Virus record (IMG/VR): IMGVR_UViG_3300034168_000141 | Span: 1 to 61,462 of that record | Direction: 5' to 3' (one strand) | DNA from: a virus | Taxonomy: Duplodnaviria > Caudoviricetes | Length of the DNA stretch: 61,462 bases | Shown here: positions 25,401-33,647 of the stretch, one piece after another | Layout of the letters: each line of letters opens with the position of its first letter | Position numbering within the stretch: position 1 is the stretch's first letter | The notes under the pieces: generated by a model | Database searches by the model: none | Seen by the model: only the letters and a program-made list of their open reading frames with translations | Told to the model about the DNA's origin: nothing | Program-made: the position numbers and the translations under genes

Positions 25401-25546
25401 AACTCACGTGAGAATGCTCCCCTGGTAGTAAACTCAGAAACGCTATTAAAGTTAGATGAGTAACTGATGCTCTCATTCTCGTATAAGTCTACTACTATAG
25501 CAGCGCCATTGCTTGCCGTTACTGTTAAGATTACTTCTGCTCTCAT
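22475..25546 (-). CDS. Large minor tail / tail tip protein
   Basis: 1023 aa; N-terminal ~760 aa homologous to 54232..57084, C-terminus different. Confidence 0.7.
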   Translation of the reverse strand: MRAEVILTVTASNGAAIVVDLYENESISYSSNFNSVSEFTTRGAFSREFRIPATQNNVDFFGQQYSPSLLNNDTTQINVLRKIDATLSVNTLPIAEGHIQFKQAVTHQDKVHEFVIAFFGETVDLARSIGDKLLKELDYSDLEHDNTFENVKDINNSSLFDGAACYTLTDRGQNWSEDTAIGSRRIFSDVNPIYTGELTLALQAKYLLNKIITEAGFTYSGTTIEEELLKMYVPYVTGPRTEGLSNDEAKFKVEFAADTAFNINIQGDQSNYYKQLTGWTEISDPSNSWASNAYTAQGSFQANFEIDLNIEVDTTGYSADTQHVYDIMWKRVRSGTELFFPFPLSMGVGPTSLQYTQGIGWQPTTPINPFNVASNFQLDVQQGDVYTLYIFAHAGSSQNVEIKADSYAAFSYVSGLSYAYPVQIANNAPEMKQVDFLRDILKMFNAVLVPNPNAPNAVEIIPMVEYLGSGEDYDWTGKLDTSKDITLTPASDIRKRMLKWSYKEQGDYFNAQYKTGAQRIYGELRLTDPGNDFSTNDYTVELTFGASPCDLIPNTNYVIPKYFNEKGEFMTPGPRILYRRADTESAVVMVYDEVAEEATFTFIPLLSHYKTIPTAIGTDDLNFGQEIPPHPIETMPLHTLWDRYWREYIAEIYDDEQKIMEAYFQLDVTDVFGLKFNDKIWIKDSWWRVIELTDYIVAEEQVTKCKLMRLLDIGALCQYTPSTINVSTGAVEFLDYDGATSYGSQECCEYYGYTWNSKKGQCFASTPTNGTGGIIGSPNNSGGSNITNTSGNQKSATGMGNVVRGEIENNNERIFVSGLGHGISPNNNYSQALGYRNFIRPNLEGTTVMGRWAEADVRGVHFGGGTWYDGTSNYGTTIPGRSQHGFIQLMGLGALNANPTNINLLLDGISGGSIVMPTETVWMVKVYISILEYDYNVTDFIGRVASLEYSSMLWKDKTTQFSSTPILVNQFYSGFGASLFDLYMPVVSNKIAPYITCKLTGKTAVVSATIQYTQSKFQRTPII

Positions 25547-26832
25547 TATGCTGTATAATCGTTACTGAATTTTAACATCAATTCTAAATCGTTTTTAATG
25601 TAGCTACGTGATTTGATAGCTGTATAGTTATTGCTATCAATTACCACAGGAATAGCTGAGCCATCAGGATTAATGATATAAACAGATTCAGAGTAAATCA
25701 GATTCTTAAGATATTCGAATTGCCCTTCAGTTAAGAAGTCTGTTCTGATTCTTAGCATCTTCTCTACAAATGGATTACGCTCAGTCAAGCCTCTATCATA
25801 TGTGTTAAATCCAAAAGCGCTTTCAGCATCAGCAGTACCATAGTTACCTACTACCTTTCTGTATCGCTTACGCTCCACTGAGTAAGATTCCTCAGATCGT
25901 TTAGTAAAGTTAAAGTAATCCCATCCACCTCTGCTATTAGTCCAGCCTAATCTTATCTTATCAAATCTGCACTCCTCTGCTGCTTTGAATACAGCTATTG
26001 ATCGTGCGACTGTTGAAGCTCCACTATTTCTAAAAGTAATTAAATAGTGATGCCACGCTGCATCTAATCCAAATATAGCATCTATGTTAGCCGGTAATAA
26101 TGGTAAGTGATTAATGTAACCCTCACTTATTAAGCAAGCTAACACATCGGTCTGCACTGGTGCTCCTGCTGCGTTGAACTGAACTATCTGCACATCAAAG
26201 ATATCATTTCCTGTTAAGCTTGCACCATCATCCGCAGGAATAGTAAGCACTCCATAATCATCAGCAAAAGCTGTTATCCCTATCGTGTTAGCGCCTAAAC
26301 TATATTCACTTAATACGTCATCCATTGCATAGGTGCTACGTACTAAATCACTCATGATGTAGCTTGTGGCTGAGTCTAATGCAAAGTAAGTAGATGGATC
26401 AGGATTAAACCCATCTGCAATTTGAAACGCTGCATTTATTAATGCCGCTGCTCCTGTCAATGGATAAGCTGTAGCCTGCTTCTCAAATACACCAAGCACC
26501 TCATAGCCTTCATAAATGTTAGTAGCTACTATCATGATGTTGCGGGCTCTGTCATCATCTTGCACCGTTGTAGATGCAAATAATGAAGGTACCGCATCTG
26601 AAGTGTTTACCCCTAAATCCATCTTCGAATAGACTACAGGATAAAGGTCAAACACTAACGCACCGTTCAGATTAGGCTGCACGTAAAAGGTATTTACTGC
26701 GCCTGCGTTAACGCTAACCTCTACTACATATCTAAAGCCAGGCTGCCCTATGTTAGAAGATGTAGCCACTACTATTAGTTTCTGCTTTAGCGCAGTATAA
26801 GAGTAGGGTTGTTGTTGTATTGTAATTGCCAT
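25546..26832 (-). CDS. Minor tail protein (distal-tail-like)
   Basis: RLGWTNSRGGWDYFNFTK; homologue 57081..58316. Confidence 0.6.
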   Translation of the reverse strand: MAITIQQQPYSYTALKQKLIVVATSSNIGQPGFRYVVEVSVNAGAVNTFYVQPNLNGALVFDLYPVVYSKMDLGVNTSDAVPSLFASTTVQDDDRARNIMIVATNIYEGYEVLGVFEKQATAYPLTGAAALINAAFQIADGFNPDPSTYFALDSATSYIMSDLVRSTYAMDDVLSEYSLGANTIGITAFADDYGVLTIPADDGASLTGNDIFDVQIVQFNAAGAPVQTDVLACLISEGYINHLPLLPANIDAIFGLDAAWHHYLITFRNSGASTVARSIAVFKAAEECRFDKIRLGWTNSRGGWDYFNFTKRSEESYSVERKRYRKVVGNYGTADAESAFGFNTYDRGLTERNPFVEKMLRIRTDFLTEGQFEYLKNLIYSESVYIINPDGSAIPVVIDSNNYTAIKSRSYIKNDLELMLKFSNDYTA

Positions 26833-27455
26833 TATGCAGGTTTAATATTAGTTAATTTTCTCGTTTGATTTAAGATATAAATGTTAACAGCCTCACCCAT
26901 TGCAGCGTTAAGCTGTGGGCCATATTCAGGTAATGTCTCTAAGTAGGCATCTCTCCAATAATATAGGGGAGCAATACCTTTTTTCTCTATGCTCTTAGCC
27001 ATTGCATTAGCTACCATCCTGCGCTGATCCTCATCTTTGTTTACTGCGCTCTTAGCAAACTTAGTCATTTTGCCAGTGTCTCCCATTGCACGTAATCTAA
27101 TCTTCTTTAGATTCATCCAAGTAAGTATAGCCTCTACCGGAGGCTTAGCTGCACTTGCTGCGAAGCGTGTATCTATTCCTTTGTAGTTACTCTCCTTACC
27201 CTGCCTACCATACTCTACCCACTTGCCATAATCAGCTGATGAGTTGAATGAGATAGATGGAGTAGTACCGGTAACATCCATATCATAATATAGCGAAGCT
27301 GCGAGTGTACCTGTAGTATTAGCTTTGCGCTTCTTTCCGTATCTCGTTTGCTGGATACGAATATTTGAGCGTGCCCGATCAGTAACGGTCTCACCGAAAT
27401 CTAAGAGCACATCATACAGTGCTCCTTGTTCAAACAGCTCAGCTAATATGCTCAT
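26832..27455 (-). CDS. Putative tail completion protein (HK97 gp10-like)
   Basis: Basic; TGTLAASL...YGKWVEYGR...PPVEAI; homologue 58322..58924. Confidence 0.5.
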   Translation of the reverse strand: MSILAELFEQGALYDVLLDFGETVTDRARSNIRIQQTRYGKKRKANTTGTLAASLYYDMDVTGTTPSISFNSSADYGKWVEYGRQGKESNYKGIDTRFAASAAKPPVEAILTWMNLKKIRLRAMGDTGKMTKFAKSAVNKDEDQRRMVANAMAKSIEKKGIAPLYYWRDAYLETLPEYGPQLNAAMGEAVNIYILNQTRKLTNIKPA

Positions 27456-27457
27456 AG

Positions 27458-27655
27458 TTATTCGCTCTGTTCGTTAGGCATCGTTTCCTCTGAGACTACA
27501 GGAGATTCGTCAAACCAATACCACCCATCTATTGGGTATGTGTGTTCATCTTTATTCTCTCTTGTTAACTCATAGTCTGCCGAATACACAAAGTTAGGAG
27601 CAAACATCCATTCTGCTACTTCATTTTGTTTGTAAAATCCTGATGTATTTTCCAT
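27458..27655 (-). CDS. Small hypothetical protein accompanying the repeat protein
   Basis: ORF tightly packed after 27657..29855. Confidence 0.65.
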   Translation of the reverse strand: MENTSGFYKQNEVAEWMFAPNFVYSADYELTRENKDEHTYPIDGWYWFDESPVVSEETMPNEQSE

Positions 27656-27656
27656 A

Positions 27657-29855
27657 TTATCCTATTATAGCCCAACCTTTTGATGTTATTATTAATCTAT
27701 TTGCAGCAGTAAGGCCTGCTGTTCCCGTTGCTGTTGTTATATTAATTGTTTTAGATGTAACTGCTGGTTGTGCAGCCATATCATTAAACAACTGTATTAA
27801 GTTAGCTGTAGACATATTAGTATGAGAAACATTTATTTGTGGAGATGATCCTGTCCATTGACCTGCTGACGTGTTTAATAATCTTACTGATTGAACATCT
27901 GTTCTTTGTGTAGATCCTTGACCATTAATTTGAAGATCTATTAGAGGGCATGAAAATGATATTGATAATAATCTAGAAAATGTATTACCCAATGCACTAA
28001 CCAATGGTGTAGCAGTTAACGATCCTAACTTATCAAAATTATTTATAGTAGATAAATTAGCGCAGAATTGAAACATATACTGTATGGATGTCAATAAAGA
28101 CATCTGATTTGTGGGGAATGTTATTGATTTCAAACTATTACAATTTTGAAACGCATACGCAAATATAGTAGCTGCAGAAGATACAGTTGCTGGTAAAACA
28201 ATAGTTTGTATTTTTCTGCAAGAATTAAACATATTAGTAAAACTAGTACAAGCAGACATACTAGTAGGTAAGGTAACAGATATTAGAGAAGAGCATGCGC
28301 TAAACATTGAGTCAACAATTGTTACAGCGTTCATAGTTGAAGGAAATGTTACAGCTTCTAAATTAACACAGTTATTGAAGCATTGTGATAAAGTTGTTAC
28401 AGCGTTCATACTCGTGGGCATGTTTATCGTTTTCAATAAAGTACACTGTAAAAAAGTATTATTTAAATTAGTTAAACTATTTTGAACACCTGGAGACCAA
28501 TTTAATGTCTTTAAAGAAGTACAAGATTGAAATGTAGCAGCTAAAGTAGTAAACAGATATGATGAGTTTATAGTTATACTTTCTAATGATCTACAATTTT
28601 GAAATGCTCCCGAAAAATTTACACCAGAAGAAGAAACATTAGAAGGTAAAGTAACATCAGTAAGATTTACACACCCCGCAAACATACTTGACATGTTAGT
28701 GCAAAAAGGCATATCCGACTGAAAAACAACTCTTTTTAAATTTGTACAACTACCAAACAAAGAACTCACAGTAGTTGCACTAAAATTTAAAGGCAAAACA
28801 ATAGATTTTAAATTAGTACAGTTTGAAAAAGCAGTACTAAAAGTATATCTAGCATTTGAAGAACATGATGATGGAAAATATACGTTTTGAAGATTAGGGC
28901 AGCCAGTTATTCCCGATGAAAAATTGACTGTTGTAGCACTTGCAAATGTTGGTAAACTTGTAAACCTAACCCATTCTATTGAAGTGCAATTATTAATGAA
29001 ACTACTAAAATTTGTACAAGTATTAACAGATGGAACTGTTACATTTTTTAAAGCATAGCAACTAGCAAAAACATTGGATAAATTAGTACAGCTATTAAGT
29101 GAAGTAGGAAAATTAACAGATGTTAAAAAATAACAGTTAAAAAATGTCTGATTAAGAGAACTTATATTTATTGCATTTGAAGGTATTACAACAGAACGTA
29201 AAGCATAACAGTTCATAAACGTCTGAGCAAATCCCGTTAAATTAGCAGCCGATGTAGGCATTACAACAACAGCAAGATTGAAACATTCTTGAAAAGTATA
29301 TGACATGTCAGTCCATGTAATAACAGAAGGTAGTTTTGCATATTCTAAATAACTATAACTGCCTAAACCATTGCTGAAGCTATAGTAAGTTGCCATGCTT
29401 ACTGTTTGAGTACCATCTCCATAATACATCTCTAAAACATAACAGGTAGTATATACATTACTACTATTAAGAGAAACTCGTACTGGAAGTATTCTACAGG
29501 CTGCCAATACTGAAACACCTGTACCTGTAAAGTATATTCTAATTTTAAATGTTGTGTACCCTAAAGAGCAGGGAGTTCCTGTACCTGGAGTATAAACATG
29601 TGTTGTATCAGTCTGAGTTGCTGCAATAGTAAGAGTATCTGTTGTACCATCTCCCCAATCAATAATTAAATTTTGAGATCCCGATGTTCTACTAAACTGC
29701 GTTCTGATAGTACATGAAGCATCATTTATATCAGACATTAAAAATTGAACCTCGTTTGCAGCATCTGTAATTACAGGCCAATCAGCAGGTCTTACATAAG
29801 GTGTAGGCTGAACTGTTCTACTAAAAAAATTCTGTACTGGTAAATTAAATGCCAT
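27657..29855 (-). CDS. BspA/DUF285-like leucine-rich-repeat protein (putative receptor-binding protein)
   Basis: N-terminal IDWGDG PKD-like motif, then many ~23-26 aa repeats LxSVxLPxSxxxxTxxxxxFxxC. Confidence 0.75.
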   Translation of the reverse strand: MAFNLPVQNFFSRTVQPTPYVRPADWPVITDAANEVQFLMSDINDASCTIRTQFSRTSGSQNLIIDWGDGTTDTLTIAATQTDTTHVYTPGTGTPCSLGYTTFKIRIYFTGTGVSVLAACRILPVRVSLNSSNVYTTCYVLEMYYGDGTQTVSMATYYSFSNGLGSYSYLEYAKLPSVITWTDMSYTFQECFNLAVVVMPTSAANLTGFAQTFMNCYALRSVVIPSNAINISSLNQTFFNCYFLTSVNFPTSLNSCTNLSNVFASCYALKNVTVPSVNTCTNFSSFINNCTSIEWVRFTSLPTFASATTVNFSSGITGCPNLQNVYFPSSCSSNARYTFSTAFSNCTNLKSIVLPLNFSATTVSSLFGSCTNLKRVVFQSDMPFCTNMSSMFAGCVNLTDVTLPSNVSSSGVNFSGAFQNCRSLESITINSSYLFTTLAATFQSCTSLKTLNWSPGVQNSLTNLNNTFLQCTLLKTINMPTSMNAVTTLSQCFNNCVNLEAVTFPSTMNAVTIVDSMFSACSSLISVTLPTSMSACTSFTNMFNSCRKIQTIVLPATVSSAATIFAYAFQNCNSLKSITFPTNQMSLLTSIQYMFQFCANLSTINNFDKLGSLTATPLVSALGNTFSRLLSISFSCPLIDLQINGQGSTQRTDVQSVRLLNTSAGQWTGSSPQINVSHTNMSTANLIQLFNDMAAQPAVTSKTINITTATGTAGLTAANRLIITSKGWAIIG

Positions 29856-29857
29856 AG

Positions 29858-32101
29858 TTATACTGTTGGAAATATAGTTACTTCTCCTGTTATATTAGTT
29901 TGCGGTGGAAACAAAGAATAAAATGTACAACTTCCTGCTGTTACGTCAACTTGTGGTAACATACCGCAGGTAGTAACCTCTGAATAACTAGCATTACCTG
30001 GAGTAAAATCTACTCGGGTATTAGTTGTTATATTAACATTTGAAAATGTATATGTATAATATCCACTTACTAAAACCCAGCTTGCAGCTGTTAGTGTCTG
30101 AGCTGTTAATTTATATATTGTACCTCCACCTCCGCCACCACCCGAATACTGCGGAATGTTTAATGTAGCACCTACCAAAGTAGCTGCGCCACTTGTTCCT
30201 GTTGTAGTTAAAGTGAGCGTGTCTTGCTTAGCGTTTAATGCTGTTTGCGTTGCAGTTGAGATAGGCTTGTTAAGATCGCTTGTGTTGTCTACATTGGCCA
30301 AACCTACTGCTGTTTTGTCTAATGTTTGAAACGTCTTATCGCCTCTGTAATAATCGCCTGTTGTTCCTGCCGTAATCGTTGGCTCTACTGCTATATTACC
30401 ACTACCCAAAAGAGTAGTGCTATTGACAGTCTTTATATTAGTATTGCTAACGAGTAGATCTTGCTTTCCATTAAACGTAGTCCAATCCGCAGAACTTAAT
30501 GCGCCTCTATTCGCTGCGCTTGCTGTTGGAAGGTTAAACGTATGCGTACTTGTCGCAGATGAGATACCGAAGTCAGTGCCACTCGTTCCAGTTGCGAAGT
30601 TCTGCACCTGTGCAGTTAAGCCATTCAATGCAGTTAAGCCTGTTGAGAAGGTAGTTATTACTTCACACAGGTGACTGTTTTCGGTGTGGAGTGTAATCGT
30701 TCTGCCCGAGTGCGTAACGTATATTCTAACCGCTAATCTATCAGTAGCCGCTAACGTAGTTTGAGGTATAGCTAACGCACTAACATAAAGGTCTATTGCC
30801 GTTCCGTTGGTGATGCCTTCGGGAGTAGCTGAATTAGACGCTATCAAAGATAAGGTTGCTCCATCCCATTTATACAATTCAATATAAAATGAAGGAGTGC
30901 CACCGCTACTTGATGCGCTGAAATATGTTTCAAAGTTCCAATTTCCTCCAGGTATCTCTAATAGATTTGGAACATTCGCATCTGTGATAAAAGATTGAAT
31001 GTAACCGTCTGCTGCTATTGTGAAATCTGTTCCTGCACCTAAGACAGGAGTTCTGTCCATTTCCTTAAATGCTACACCTCCAAATGTACCTTGCGCTACT
31101 GATCCGTTGAGGTAAAATGTTAAAGAAGAACCACCGCCTGATGAAGCAGGGAAGTTAGCCAAGCTACCATCACCTCTCACATATTGTGATACAGTACCTG
31201 CTCCTGTAACCGCTATATCTCCACTACTTGTAATGGGACTATTCGCTACACTAAATGCGGAAGGCATTGTTAAGCCCACGCTTGTAACTGTTCCAGTTGG
31301 TATTGTCGGAAGGTTGTCGAGGTCGTTATAGTTGTTGCTGAAACCAACCGCGCTGATGCTGGTGATGTCAGCCTTCAAAAGTATTTCTTCTTCGAGTGCG
31401 TCAATGGCTGCTTCAATGTCTATAATAGTTTGACAATCACCAATCGTTTCGCAGGTTAATCCACTTGCTTCAAGTAAGTACCAACCGCGCACTCCTTCCT
31501 CGTCCGTTCCGTAGTAATAGTTTGGTGCTGGTGTTGCCTCATCATTCACTAACGACACGTTGCCGTTCTCGTCGCGTGTAATTGAATCAATGAACGTTAA
31601 GATTGAACCCGTACCACCGCTTCCGCTTTCAAAAAAGTCGTTCCACTCCGCAGGAATTGAACACGCGTCCCAATAATAAGGAACAAGCAATTCAAGACTA
31701 ATCGTCCAACCTGTTAACGTGTTGTGAAATTCTTCAAGGAAGGGTTCTAACGTGACATTTTGCACCGTGATTAAGTCGCCAAACAAAACGCGGTGGTTTG
31801 TTATCTCGGCAACTAAATCTTCAGCTATGCGTTGAAGGTCAGAAAGAACCTCACGTTGAAACTCAACCTTGTCGTCTTTATCTCTAGGAAGATCCGCAAG
31901 GACAATCTGAAAAGAGAATGTCTTAGTACCTTTTGCGTAAGTAACGTTCGAAGGTACAACGTGCATAAATGGATATTCGGTAAACTTTTCAAGGTCTGCC
32001 GTGTCAATCTGACCATGTGAAAAGGTCTTAAGAATAAAGTGTCCAGAGGCAAATGCCTTGAATCTATCTATAAGTGCGTTGTAGCTTTGTACGTTCGACA
32101 T
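29858..32101 (-). CDS. Fibre protein; as assembled, B-type N-terminus joined to A-side C-terminus through the shared segment
   Basis: 747 aa ORF spanning the A/B junction; Gly/Thr-rich fibre motifs (VGLANVDNTSDLNKPISTATQTALNAKQD). Confidence 0.8.
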   Translation of the reverse strand: MSNVQSYNALIDRFKAFASGHFILKTFSHGQIDTADLEKFTEYPFMHVVPSNVTYAKGTKTFSFQIVLADLPRDKDDKVEFQREVLSDLQRIAEDLVAEITNHRVLFGDLITVQNVTLEPFLEEFHNTLTGWTISLELLVPYYWDACSIPAEWNDFFESGSGGTGSILTFIDSITRDENGNVSLVNDEATPAPNYYYGTDEEGVRGWYLLEASGLTCETIGDCQTIIDIEAAIDALEEEILLKADITSISAVGFSNNYNDLDNLPTIPTGTVTSVGLTMPSAFSVANSPITSSGDIAVTGAGTVSQYVRGDGSLANFPASSGGGSSLTFYLNGSVAQGTFGGVAFKEMDRTPVLGAGTDFTIAADGYIQSFITDANVPNLLEIPGGNWNFETYFSASSSGGTPSFYIELYKWDGATLSLIASNSATPEGITNGTAIDLYVSALAIPQTTLAATDRLAVRIYVTHSGRTITLHTENSHLCEVITTFSTGLTALNGLTAQVQNFATGTSGTDFGISSATSTHTFNLPTASAANRGALSSADWTTFNGKQDLLVSNTNIKTVNSTTLLGSGNIAVEPTITAGTTGDYYRGDKTFQTLDKTAVGLANVDNTSDLNKPISTATQTALNAKQDTLTLTTTGTSGAATLVGATLNIPQYSGGGGGGGTIYKLTAQTLTAASWVLVSGYYTYTFSNVNITTNTRVDFTPGNASYSEVTTCGMLPQVDVTAGSCTFYSLFPPQTNITGEVTIFPTV
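30446..31294 (+). repeat. Shared fibre-gene segment, copy 1 (identical core 31095-31234)
   Basis: Aligns at constant offset 30241 with 60687-61462 and continues into 107-179; differences mostly synonymous. Confidence 0.95.
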
Positions 32102-32239
32102 AATTGTAGTCTATTAGGTAAGTCATATATGTAAATATCTCCCACGCGCTTTTTTCCGTAATTGAATCTAATTTAGTTATGTCACGTCCGCATGCTTCCA
32201 TGAAAAGGTGATACCAACCGTATCTTCCAAGCACATGAT

Positions 32240-32824
32240 TTAAGTTGTCTCTGTCTTCAATTGCTCCGTCAGTTCCTCCGTCAACTTCTGTACTTCCTTC
32301 TCCAAATAGTCTAGCGAAGTGTTGCTTAGTTCGTTGAGCAAAGTCGAAAAAAAAAGCATCGCACCATTGAATTGTTCAAGCGTCATCTGCTCAACGTAGC
32401 CTTCAACGAGTTCTCTGTTTTGTTTGCTGTGTGGGACGATTGTATACTTTGAACCTACGCGTTTGTCTATTGGTCGGTAAAGCGTTCCCATTATTTTGAC
32501 CATGTTCTCACCTACATTTGCAGCCCACGTTGAAATGTCAGCGTACTCACCCATTGAGATAGAATACAGGTCAGGAATGAAACCAAAGTCCTTGTCTTTG
32601 ATTGTTATCGTTTCAAAGAACTTTGCGCTTTCGTTAGCGAGTGTATCTTCAAACGCTCCTAACAATGTCGGCAAATGTTGGAAGGGAATTTGTTCCGCTT
32701 GTTCTTTCAGTAGGTTACTAATGCTAACCAACTTGTCGATGTCGTTCTTCGCTGCGTGGTAGTCAACGTATTGCTTGACGCTTATTGAAGAATAGTCAGC
32801 AGGTATACTTACTTTTATACTCAT
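32240..32824 (-). CDS. Putative tail assembly chaperone; -1 frameshift at T9 (32347-32355) extends it to the stop at 32064-32066
   Basis: Homologue of 1883..2467 with identical CTT TTT TTT TCG site. Confidence 0.7.
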   Translation of the reverse strand: MSIKVSIPADYSSISVKQYVDYHAAKNDIDKLVSISNLLKEQAEQIPFQHLPTLLGAFEDTLANESAKFFETITIKDKDFGFIPDLYSISMGEYADISTWAANVGENMVKIMGTLYRPIDKRVGSKYTIVPHSKQNRELVEGYVEQMTLEQFNGAMLFFSTLLNELSNTSLDYLEKEVQKLTEELTEQLKTETT

Positions 32825-32833
32825 ATTCGTAAC

Positions 32834-32873
32834 TTTCGTAATGGTTTAGTAATTTTCGTAATGGTTTAGTAAT
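32834..32873 (+). repeat. Perfect 2 x 20 bp tandem repeat TTTCGTAATGGTTTAGTAAT
   Basis: Read directly; fills most of the intergenic gap. Confidence 0.9.
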
Positions 32874-33028
32874 TAAGATCCGCAATAAAGACAACCTTCA
32901 TCGTCGTCGTCGATAGTGTTTGCTTCTTCGTGTACGCGTATGGCTTCCATGTGTACTTGTTCCTTCGTCCATTCGGGGTGGAACATCGCAATCTGCGAAC
33001 GCAAAAAGTTCAATTTGTTTTCGCTCAT
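32873..33028 (-). CDS. 51 aa protein ending DDDDEGCLYCGS (RNR-tail-like CxxC)
   Basis: Manual translation MSENKLNFLRSQIAMFHPEWTKEQVHMEAIRVHEEANTIDDDDEGCLYCGS; homologue 3623..3772. Confidence 0.85.
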   Translation of the reverse strand: MSENKLNFLRSQIAMFHPEWTKEQVHMEAIRVHEEANTIDDDDEGCLYCGS

Positions 33029-33270
33029 TTTATTAATTGTTCAATGTTTATTTCGTGATGACTAAGTAGTGCGCGAAAGTATTCGAATACTTCTTCAATA
33101 CCTTCTTGATATGCGCCTTCCTGTCGCTCATTGTATTTCGTAAACTTGCGATATCCATTCATTTCAATTTCCCAAAGTAACGAAGCCATATCACGAGCCT
33201 TTGTTGCTCTGTTGAACTCCACCCGATCGTTGGAATCTGAAAGGTCAAATGTCAAAGTTGCTTTGCTCAT
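33025..33270 (-). CDS. Phage hypothetical protein
   Basis: ORF coupled by 4-nt overlaps. Confidence 0.7.
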   Translation of the reverse strand: MSKATLTFDLSDSNDRVEFNRATKARDMASLLWEIEMNGYRKFTKYNERQEGAYQEGIEEVFEYFRALLSHHEINIEQLIK

Positions 33271-33647
33271 AACTTGTCGTTTATGATTATTTGTATCGGT
33301 TCGCTGTTGGCTCCTGTTAACTCTGTCATTTGTTTTGGGTTACCAAACGCACGGCTTAACAATGTTTCCAACGAATACAACGAACCCTTCTTTAACGAAG
33401 TCATCATTGCGTTGGCTATTGTCTTTTCAAGTATCGTTGCGCGTGGGTTATCCCAAACGCTTTTCAGTTCGTCCATATCCATAGCCATCATAGCTTGTAT
33501 GGTGTCGTTTATTTCGCTCAACTTGTAACCGCTTTCCTTCAACAACGAAACGTATTTCTTCGGTCGTCCGTTGGGGTTGCCGCTTTCTCCTTTCTTGTAT
33601 GGTATTAAATGTTCTTTGCTCATTCTGTTATTGTTCTGTTTTAGCAT
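33267..33647 (-). CDS. terS: Putative terminase small subunit (DUF5681-like)
   Basis: KKGESGNPNGRPK N-terminal motif and ELTGANSEPIQI tail. Confidence 0.65.
   Translation of the reverse strand: MLKQNNNRMSKEHLIPYKKGESGNPNGRPKKYVSLLKESGYKLSEINDTIQAMMAMDMDELKSVWDNPRATILEKTIANAMMTSLKKGSLYSLETLLSRAFGNPKQMTELTGANSEPIQIIINDKL

Larger units (their letters stand above)
1..31115 (-). mobile_element. Phage genome A (tailed, siphovirus-like, probable Bacteroidota host); complete circle by itself
   Basis: Full set of head, tail, packaging, lysis and early genes, all on the minus strand; sequence from 31116 repeats position 1 onward, so 1-31115 closes into a circle. Confidence 0.9.

Noticed and set aside
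27657-29855. Diversity-generating retroelement target or CRISPR-like array
   Set aside because: No reverse transcriptase and no TR/VR pair with adenine-specific differences; repeats are degenerate protein-level LRRs.
421-32762. Plus-strand ORFs in the track (e.g. 421..654, 5917..6120, 9306..9617, 18730..18993, 32496..32762)
   Set aside because: Antisense shadows of well-supported minus-strand genes, not conserved between A and B.
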